Below, in pieces: positions 9,087 to 15,907 of a DNA stretch of 64,000 nt; position 1 is the stretch's first letter, and each line of letters begins with the position of its first letter. The DNA is from Pseudomonadota bacterium. GTDB lineage: Bacteria; Pseudomonadota; Alphaproteobacteria; RF32; CAG-239. The stretch covers positions 1,023 to 65,022 of the forward strand of contig JAUNIW010000003.1 in NCBI GenBank assembly GCA_030523245.1, in the 5' to 3' direction. A model generated the notes under the pieces. The model did not search any database. It worked only from the letters and a program-made list of their open reading frames with translations, and was not told the DNA's origin. A program made the translations under genes and the position numbers.

Positions 9087-10430
9087 ATGGATAATAAAAC
9101 AATTTATGCCTTATCTACGGTTTTTGGTAAGTCCGGAGTAGCGGTAATTCGAATTTCCGGTACAAAGGCATTTGATGTTATTTCTAAAATGACGAATTAT
9201 TCGTCGGACAAGGTTGTTGACAGAAAAATGTATTTGTCAAAATTTTGTAATCCTGTTTCACGTGAAACATTAGATAATTCTCTTTTTGTTTTTTTTAGGG
9301 CGCCGGCGTCTTTTACGGGAGAGGATACGGTAGAAATAAATTGTCATGGTTCAAAAGCTGTTATTCGAAGTTTTTTGGATGCTTTATCTTTGCTGCCGGA
9401 TTTTCGTCTTGCCGAACCCGGTGAGTTTTCGCGTCGGGCTTTTTATAATGGAAAAATAGATTTAACAAAAGCCGAAGCTTTGGCTGATTTGATTGAGGCT
9501 GAAACGGCTATGCAGCAAAAAGTTGCCTTATCCCAAATGGAAGGGCGTCTTTTTAATTTGTATAATGACTGGCGGACTCGTTTGGTTAGTATGCTTTCTT
9601 ATGTTGAAGCCTATATTGATTTTCCTGATGAAGATATTCCTCAGGACACTGTATTTAAAATAGAGAATGGTGTATTTAAAATTTCAGAAGAAATTAAAGT
9701 GCATTTAGAATCCAATAATGTTGAAGAAAGATTGCGTGACGGGTTTAAAGTTGTTATTGCCGGTCCGACAAATGCCGGAAAGTCCAGTTTGATAAATGCT
9801 ATTGTTAAACGCAATGTTGCAATTGTTTCTGATGTTGCCGGTACAACACGGGATATTATAGATGCTTATGTGGATTTGAACGGCTTACCTGTGATTTTTT
9901 CTGATACGGCCGGTTTGCGGGAAACGGAAGATGTTGTCGAACAAATCGGTGTTGAGTTAGCTAAAGATAAAATTTCTCAGGCTGACTTTTGTCTGTTTAT
10001 GTTTGATGCCGAAAAAAATTCTCCGGATATTTTTGCCGAATATACTGAAACCTTACAAGTACCGTATTTGTTTGTCGCAAATAAAATGGATAAGATTTCA
10101 GCCGCGCGGCAAAAAGAGCTGGAAAAAGAAAATTGTATTTTAATTTCTGCCAAAGAAAACCAAAATATTTCTGTTTTGACGACGAAAATTTCTGAAAGCT
10201 TCCAAAATATTTATATGAAAAGCGCGACAGCTTTAATAACGCGTCAACGCTATAAAGAGGCTCTGGACGAATGCCTGACGTGTCTGAGGGAGTTTTCGTT
10301 ACATAAAGATATTGAACTGGCTGCCGAAGATATTCGTCTGGCCTGTCGGGCAATCGGTAAAATTACGGGGCAGGTTGAAGTTGATGAAATTTTAGATAAA
10401 ATATTTAGTAATTTCTGTATCGGTAAATAG
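9087..10430 (+). CDS. mnmE: tRNA modification GTPase MnmE (TrmE)
   Basis: G-domain GPTNAGKSSL...DTAGLR...NKMD, N-terminal TrmE domain and the characteristic C-terminal CIGK. Confidence 0.95.
   Translation: MDNKTIYALSTVFGKSGVAVIRISGTKAFDVISKMTNYSSDKVVDRKMYLSKFCNPVSRETLDNSLFVFFRAPASFTGEDTVEINCHGSKAVIRSFLDALSLLPDFRLAEPGEFSRRAFYNGKIDLTKAEALADLIEAETAMQQKVALSQMEGRLFNLYNDWRTRLVSMLSYVEAYIDFPDEDIPQDTVFKIENGVFKISEEIKVHLESNNVEERLRDGFKVVIAGPTNAGKSSLINAIVKRNVAIVSDVAGTTRDIIDAYVDLNGLPVIFSDTAGLRETEDVVEQIGVELAKDKISQADFCLFMFDAEKNSPDIFAEYTETLQVPYLFVANKMDKISAARQKELEKENCILISAKENQNISVLTTKISESFQNIYMKSATALITRQRYKEALDECLTCLREFSLHKDIELAAEDIRLACRAIGKITGQVEVDEILDKIFSNFCIGK
9254..9269. promoter_or_regulatory. parS: parS centromere site, perfect TGTTTCACGTGAAACA
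   Basis: Exact 16-bp palindrome identical to the canonical ParB-binding consensus. It lies inside mnmE, encoding VSRET. Confidence 0.85.
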
Positions 10431-10548
10431 GAATCGCTGTATTTAAAATCTGAATTTGCTAAATACAGTGTATTTAAATAAGGAATTTATTTGCATTTAA
10501 TTTTTAAATATGATTTAGTAAATGAAAATAAAATAAAGAGATAAGAAA

Positions 10549-12393
10549 ATGAATAGTTTGTACGATGTGATTGTTGTCGGCGGCGGTCATGCCGGTTGTG
10601 AGGCTTGTGCTGCTGCGGCACGAACAGGAGCCAAAACTTTGTTGGTAACACATAAGATTTCATCTATTGGTGAAATGTCTTGTAATCCGGCTATCGGCGG
10701 ATTAGGAAAAGGTCATCTGGTTCGGGAGGTTGATGCGCTTGATGGTTTAATGGGACGGGTTATTGATAAAGCCGGTATTCAGTTCCGAATGTTGAATCTT
10801 TCAAAAGGCGCTGCTGTCCGCGGGCCAAGGGCTCAGGCTGATCGGGAGCTTTATAAAAAATATATGCAGGAGGCTTTGCATGAAACGGCAAATCTTGATT
10901 TAAAAGAAGGTGCTGTTGAAGGTTTGCTGTTAAGAGATAATGTAATTTGCGGCGTGATGCTGGCTGATGGTTCCGAAATCTTTTCTAAAGCTGTTATTTT
11001 AACCACGGGAACATTTTTAAATGGTGTTATGTTTACAGGACATCAAACCAGCGTGGGCGGCCGTGTCGGAGATATTTCCTGCACGGGAATAACACCGTAT
11101 TTAAAAACTTTGGGCTTGAATATAGGACGTTTGAAAACCGGAACGCCGTCGCGATTAAACGGTCGTACCATAAATTGGGATATTTTAGAAAAACAATCCG
11201 GTGATAAAAATCCGATACCTTTCTCTTTTTTAACGGAGAAGCTGAATAACCGTCAGATAGACTGCGGCATTACTTATACAAACGAACAGACCCATAAAAT
11301 TATTCGTGATAATTTTTCTAAATGCGCCTTGTTTTCCGGTTTGATTACCGGAATCGGTCCGCGTTATTGTCCGAGTATTGAAGACAAATTGGTTCGGTTT
11401 GCCGACCGAACTTCTCATCAGATTTTTTTGGAGCCCGAAGGTTATGATACGGATGTTGTTTATCCAAATGGTATATCAACATCCTTGCCGGCTGATGTGC
11501 AGGACGCATTTATTCATACGATGAAAGGACTCGAAAATGTCGAGATTCTGCGTTTTGCCTATGCTATAGAATATGATTTTGTTAATCCGCAGGAACTGGA
11601 TCATTGTCTTGCCGTTAAGAAAACAAAAGGGTTGTATCTGGCCGGACAGATAAATGGGACGACCGGATATGAAGAGGCTGCCGCGCAAGGTTTGTTAGCT
11701 GGTGTTAATGCGGCATTGTTTGCGCTTAACCGGCATAGAGAATTTAAAATTGACCGCAGTCAGGGATATATCGGCGTTATGGTTGATGACTTGATTACAA
11801 AAGGCGTGGATGAGCCATACCGTATGTTTACATCCCGTTCGGAATATCGACTGTTGTTGCGGGCAGATAATGCGGATGCGCGTTTAACGGAGCTGGGATA
11901 TAATATTGGCTGCGTTTCGAATGACAGATACACTGTATTTAAAGAAAAAGAAGAAAAAATAAAACAATTTGATGAGTTTTGTTCCGATAAAATTATCTCA
12001 TATCCGGAAATTGAACAGCAAAATATTTCTGTAAAGCATAATGGGAAGAAAACCTTAAAAGACTTAATGGGATATCAAAATGTTTCACGTGAAACAATCT
12101 CAAAATTATGTCCTGAAATCAGTTCTGTAGATGAGCAAATTTATGAGCAGGTTGAAATAAATGCAAAATATGCCGGCTATCTGAAACGGGAATACGAAGA
12201 TATCGCTGTATTTAAACGAGATGAAAATCTGCAAATACGCGAAGATATCGACTATAATAAAATTGGCGGATTGTCTACGGAAATGATTCAACGTTTTTCA
12301 AGAGTTAAACCGAAAACAATAGGCGAAGCTTCTCGGATAAAAGGTGTAACACCGGCTGCTGTTACCGCTTTATTGGGGTATTTGAAAAAATGA
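10549..12393 (+). CDS. mnmG: tRNA uridine 5-carboxymethylaminomethyl modification enzyme MnmG (GidA)
   Basis: FAD motif DVIVVGGGHAGCEA, SCNPAIGG, and a 614-aa length with a GidA-type C-terminus. Confidence 0.95.
   Translation: MNSLYDVIVVGGGHAGCEACAAAARTGAKTLLVTHKISSIGEMSCNPAIGGLGKGHLVREVDALDGLMGRVIDKAGIQFRMLNLSKGAAVRGPRAQADRELYKKYMQEALHETANLDLKEGAVEGLLLRDNVICGVMLADGSEIFSKAVILTTGTFLNGVMFTGHQTSVGGRVGDISCTGITPYLKTLGLNIGRLKTGTPSRLNGRTINWDILEKQSGDKNPIPFSFLTEKLNNRQIDCGITYTNEQTHKIIRDNFSKCALFSGLITGIGPRYCPSIEDKLVRFADRTSHQIFLEPEGYDTDVVYPNGISTSLPADVQDAFIHTMKGLENVEILRFAYAIEYDFVNPQELDHCLAVKKTKGLYLAGQINGTTGYEEAAAQGLLAGVNAALFALNRHREFKIDRSQGYIGVMVDDLITKGVDEPYRMFTSRSEYRLLLRADNADARLTELGYNIGCVSNDRYTVFKEKEEKIKQFDEFCSDKIISYPEIEQQNISVKHNGKKTLKDLMGYQNVSRETISKLCPEISSVDEQIYEQVEINAKYAGYLKREYEDIAVFKRDENLQIREDIDYNKIGGLSTEMIQRFSRVKPKTIGEASRIKGVTPAAVTALLGYLKK
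12081..12096. promoter_or_regulatory. parS: parS centromere site, perfect TGTTTCACGTGAAACA
   Basis: Exact 16-bp palindrome inside mnmG, encoding VSRET. Confidence 0.85.
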
Positions 12394-13235
12394 CAAACAT
12401 ACAGCATTGTTCATATCATTCCCATACAAATTTTTCAGATGGGGCAAATACTCTGGAAGAGATGGTTGAAAAGGCAAAGCAAATAGGGTTTTGCGAACTT
12501 GGAATCAGTGATCATCTGATTGTTCATAAAAATATGTCTGCAAGTTTGTCCGCGCCGATGTGGTATAAAAGAGGTCATGAGCATATTTATAATAATGATT
12601 TTAAAAAGATATTGCCGGCATATCAGAAACATTGTGATGAAATCCGGAAATTTAGCCGTCTCAGCGGATTCAAAATATATGTTGGTTTTGAGGTTGATTT
12701 TTTTACTTATGCGGGGTGGCTCGATGAATTAAGAGATTTTTTGAGCAAGCTGGACTATGATTATCTTATTTCCGGAAATCATATGCTTTTTGATGAAGAT
12801 TGCCAACAATTGTTTGATTTAAATGATTTGCCTCTGTTATATCCGGATGTGGTGCAGCAGGAAGAATTTTTGCGCAGACATTTTCAGGTAATTAACGAAG
12901 CGGTTAAAAGCGGTGTATTTAAATTTTTAGCGCATTTGGATTATGCTCGAAAATTAGGTGAGGCAATTTGTCCGGCAGATAAGTTCAGACAAGAGAAATT
13001 ACAAATTCTGGATAGTCTGCAAAAGCAAAATATGCCTCTTGAAATCAGCACAAAAGGGTTACGGAAAATAAAAGATTTTTATCCGTGTGATTGGATATTA
13101 ACTGCCGCAAAAGAACGAGAGTTAAAATTTGTTATCAGTGATGATGCGCATGCGGCTGCAGAACTGGGAGACAGATTTAATTTGGCCGAAGAGGCATTGC
13201 GAAAGCATAATATTTTTAATCGGCTAAAGTTTTAG
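12390..13235 (+). CDS. PHP-domain phosphoesterase (HisJ-type histidinol-phosphatase family)
   Basis: N-terminal YHSHTNFSDG metal-binding motif, later ISDH and DDAH motifs, and a length of about 280 aa. ATGA overlap with mnmG. Confidence 0.7.
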   Translation: MTNIQHCSYHSHTNFSDGANTLEEMVEKAKQIGFCELGISDHLIVHKNMSASLSAPMWYKRGHEHIYNNDFKKILPAYQKHCDEIRKFSRLSGFKIYVGFEVDFFTYAGWLDELRDFLSKLDYDYLISGNHMLFDEDCQQLFDLNDLPLLYPDVVQQEEFLRRHFQVINEAVKSGVFKFLAHLDYARKLGEAICPADKFRQEKLQILDSLQKQNMPLEISTKGLRKIKDFYPCDWILTAAKERELKFVISDDAHAAAELGDRFNLAEEALRKHNIFNRLKF

Positions 13236-13299
13236 TTAATAAAAAATATATTTCCTTGCATGGCGGCCGAATCTGACATACTCTCTAAATGAGGTGAAT

Positions 13300-13929
13300 A
13301 TGAGTTTTGATGAAGATGTTTTAAACTATGATGTTTCACGTGAAACACTGCAAAAAATAAAAGATTTTATGCAGATACTTTTGGAATGGAATAAAAAAAT
13401 CAATCTCATCAGTAAAAATTCCGAAACAGAACTGGAATACCGTCATGTTTTAGATTCGCTGCAACTGATAAAATATGTGCCGGCAGACGCGCGGCTGTTG
13501 TTGGATGTGGGGAGTGGTTCCGGTTTTCCGGGGATTATACTGGCTATCGCTTTACAGGAAAAAAATCCTCAGGCGAAAGTTGTGTTGATAGAAAGTATAA
13601 CAAAAAAATCAGTGTATTTAAAAGATGTATGCCATCGGCTTTCGTTGTCTAATGTCGAAGTCATAAATAATCGGGTTGAAAACATTGTATTTAAAAAGGT
13701 GGATTGTATAACGGCTCGCGCGGTAGCGGCTGTTGATAAACTTTTGGGGTTTATTGCCCACTGTTGTACGGAAAAAACAAAGGTTGTTTTACTGAAGGGA
13801 AAAACAGGAGAAGAAGAACTAACCGCTGCAGCAAAAAATTGGCAGTATAAAATAGAAGTTTATGAAAACGCATACTCTGAACAAAACGGATATGTTTATT
13901 GTATGACAGATATAAGGAAAAGAAAATGA
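13300..13929 (+). CDS. rsmG: 16S rRNA (guanine527-N7)-methyltransferase RsmG (GidB)
   Basis: SAM motif LDVGSGSGFPGIILAI and DVSRETL near the N-terminus. The ATG at 13300 is preferred over the GTG at 13294 because GAGG lies 5 nt upstream. Confidence 0.9.
   Translation: MSFDEDVLNYDVSRETLQKIKDFMQILLEWNKKINLISKNSETELEYRHVLDSLQLIKYVPADARLLLDVGSGSGFPGIILAIALQEKNPQAKVVLIESITKKSVYLKDVCHRLSLSNVEVINNRVENIVFKKVDCITARAVAAVDKLLGFIAHCCTEKTKVVLLKGKTGEEELTAAAKNWQYKIEVYENAYSEQNGYVYCMTDIRKRK
13332..13347. promoter_or_regulatory. parS: parS centromere site, perfect TGTTTCACGTGAAACA
   Basis: Exact 16-bp palindrome inside rsmG, encoding VSRET. Confidence 0.85.
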
Positions 13930-14693
13930 AGATAATTTCAGTAGCGAATCGTAAGGGTGGTGTTGGCAAAACAACGACAACAATCAATATTGCCACAGCT
14001 TTGTCCGCCATAGAAAAACGTGTTTTGGTTATTGATTTTGATCCGCAGGGGAATGCGACGACATCAATGGGAATTCCAAAACAAAAAGAACATTATTCTT
14101 CTTATGATGTCTTGATTGGCAAATGTAATGTAAAAGAAGCTGTTTTGCACACGGATTTACCGCGTTTTGACATGATTCCGTCTTCGCCGGATCTGGCCGC
14201 TGCCGAAATCGAACTGGTCGAGGTCGAAAGACGCGAATATGTTTTGAAAAAAGCGTTGAGTCGTCTGGAATCCGTTTATGATTATGTTCTGATTGACTGT
14301 CCGCCCTCTCTCAATCTGATAACCATCAATGCGTTGGTCAGTTCAAATTCGGTTATGGTACCGCTGCAGTGTGAATTTCTCGCACTGGAAGGCTTGGCCG
14401 ATTTAATGAAAAACATCAATGCTATCAAACGTAATTTCAATCCTGCTCTGACGCTGCAGGGAATTATTTTGACGATGTACAGCAAGCAAAATAATTTAAG
14501 CCAGATGATTGAGGCGGATGTCCGCAAATATTTCGGCGACAAGGTTTATCAGACGGTTATTCCGCGAAGTGTCCGTATTGCCGAAGCACCGTCACATGGC
14601 AAGCCGATTTTGATATATGATTTAAAAAGTTCGGGGGCGCAGGCTTATATCCAGCTTGCAAAAGAAGTTCTAAAAAGAGAAAAGGAGTTATAA
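13926..14693 (+). CDS. parA: Chromosome partitioning ATPase ParA (Soj)
   Basis: Deviant Walker A NRKGGVGKTTT and ParA-type Walker B VLIDCPPS. The ATG at 13926 forms an ATGA overlap with the rsmG stop; the track start at 13899 lies inside rsmG. Confidence 0.93.
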   Translation: MKIISVANRKGGVGKTTTTINIATALSAIEKRVLVIDFDPQGNATTSMGIPKQKEHYSSYDVLIGKCNVKEAVLHTDLPRFDMIPSSPDLAAAEIELVEVERREYVLKKALSRLESVYDYVLIDCPPSLNLITINALVSSNSVMVPLQCEFLALEGLADLMKNINAIKRNFNPALTLQGIILTMYSKQNNLSQMIEADVRKYFGDKVYQTVIPRSVRIAEAPSHGKPILIYDLKSSGAQAYIQLAKEVLKREKEL

Positions 14694-15605
14694 ATGAGTG
14701 CAAACAGTAAATTCGGTTTAGGGCGGGGACTCGAAGCTCTGCTTGGAGATGACGAAATAAATTTGAATTTGGACGATGAAAATACCGATGTCAGCAATTT
14801 TGTAAATGACACAGTATTTAAAGCCAAAGAGACGAATGAAATCGAAATAGAAAAAATCAGACCTTGTGCTTTTCAGCCGCGCACGGAGTTTGACAGAGAC
14901 GCTTTGGAATCTTTGGCTCAGTCCGTTCGCGAAAAAGGTATTTTGCAGCCTTTATTGCTGCGCCAAAAAGACAATGAATATGAAATCATTGCCGGTGAGC
15001 GTCGCTGGAGGGCGGCACAGCTTGCCGGATTAAAAACCGTTCCGGCCGTAATTAAGAATCTGACGGACAGCGAAACGCTTGAAATAGCCCTGATTGAAAA
15101 TCTGCAACGCGAAAATTTGTCTGCCATAGAAGAGGCAGAAGGGCTGAACAGATTGATGCAGGAGTATGAATATACGCAGGAAGTTATCGGAAAGGTTATC
15201 GGTAAATCCCGCAGCTATATAGCCAATACTCTGCGGCTTCTCGGTTTACCGGAAGAAGTAAAACAGCTTGTCAAAAATAATAAGCTTTCAGCCGGACATG
15301 CCCGTGCTTTAATCGGCTGCGATAATGCTGTTGAATTGGCAGAAAAAATTGTCAAAGACGGTTTAAGTGTTCGCGAAACAGAAGCTTTGGCTTCAAATGC
15401 CAAAAACATAGCCGTCAAAGAAATTATGCCTAAAGCGCCTAAACCCGTTGATATGGATTTAGAAAAAATAATGGAAGACTTGCAAGAAAGATTAAAACTA
15501 AAAGTTAAAATAAATGCTGGTAAAAAAGGTAAAGGTAGTATAACATTACATTACAACACACCTGCAGAGCTAAGCTCGATTTTGGATATTTTAGAACAAC
15601 GATAG
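14694..15605 (+). CDS. parB: Chromosome partitioning protein ParB (Spo0J)
   Basis: ParB box GERRWRAA, an HTH region, GLGRGLEALL at the N-terminus and a 303-aa length. Confidence 0.95.
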   Translation: MSANSKFGLGRGLEALLGDDEINLNLDDENTDVSNFVNDTVFKAKETNEIEIEKIRPCAFQPRTEFDRDALESLAQSVREKGILQPLLLRQKDNEYEIIAGERRWRAAQLAGLKTVPAVIKNLTDSETLEIALIENLQRENLSAIEEAEGLNRLMQEYEYTQEVIGKVIGKSRSYIANTLRLLGLPEEVKQLVKNNKLSAGHARALIGCDNAVELAEKIVKDGLSVRETEALASNAKNIAVKEIMPKAPKPVDMDLEKIMEDLQERLKLKVKINAGKKGKGSITLHYNTPAELSSILDILEQR

Positions 15606-15615
15606 GAGTATAAAA

Positions 15616-15861
15616 ATGGTTACAATTTTAGAAAAAATGTTAGATAACTGCAAAAAGGCCGGTTATTACCCGACACAAAATATTGAAAAAATTGCTAAGG
15701 CAAAAAATATGATGTTTGGTGATAAAGAATGGCAGCGTTGCCCTTGCGACGGCACAAATGAAAACAGATACTGTATTTCCGAACTGTGCCGCAGTGATAT
15801 TGAGCGTGACGGAATTTGTCACTGCCGCTGCTATCAAAAAGTCAGTTCCGATAACAAATAA
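15616..15861 (+). CDS. Small Cys-rich protein resembling the ferredoxin-thioredoxin reductase catalytic (beta) chain
   Basis: CPC-x8-C-x4-C-x9-CHC-x-C pattern (CPCDGTNENRYCISELCRSDIERDGICHCRC). This is close to the remembered FTR catalytic signature CPC-x16-CPC-x8-CHC. 81 aa. Confidence 0.45.
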   Translation: MVTILEKMLDNCKKAGYYPTQNIEKIAKAKNMMFGDKEWQRCPCDGTNENRYCISELCRSDIERDGICHCRCYQKVSSDNK

Positions 15862-15907
15862 TATCTGAAAAATCCGGCGGTCAAAATTTATGGCCGCCTT
15901 TATTGCT

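Larger units (their letters stand above)
9651..14822 (+). repeat. Dispersed same-strand motif cluster: 11 copies of GTATTTAAA (extended CRSTGTATTTAAA)
   Basis: Copies read at 9651, 9672, 10439, 10470, 11097, 11935, 12208, 12915, 13614, 13687 and 14814, all on the + strand. My visual scan found none elsewhere in the window on either strand. Confidence 0.7.

Noticed and set aside
9651-14822. GTATTTAAA as a Chi-like (AddAB) or KOPS-like genome-wide polar motif, or as a by-product of conserved VFK peptides
   Set aside because: A genome-wide polar motif should not be restricted to 5 kb of a 64-kb window. The VFK explanation fails for three reasons: the proteins are unrelated at those positions, two copies use another frame, two are intergenic, and synonymous flanking positions are conserved. 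The motif is retained as an unexplained local DNA signal.
15871-15900. GGCGG...CCGCC hairpin plus T-rich tail after the FTR-like gene as a terminator
   Set aside because: It has only 5 bp of stem with a 13-nt loop and a weak T-run, and it overlaps the first possible dnaE start codon. That is too weak to call. It only mildly favours the dnaE start at 15908.
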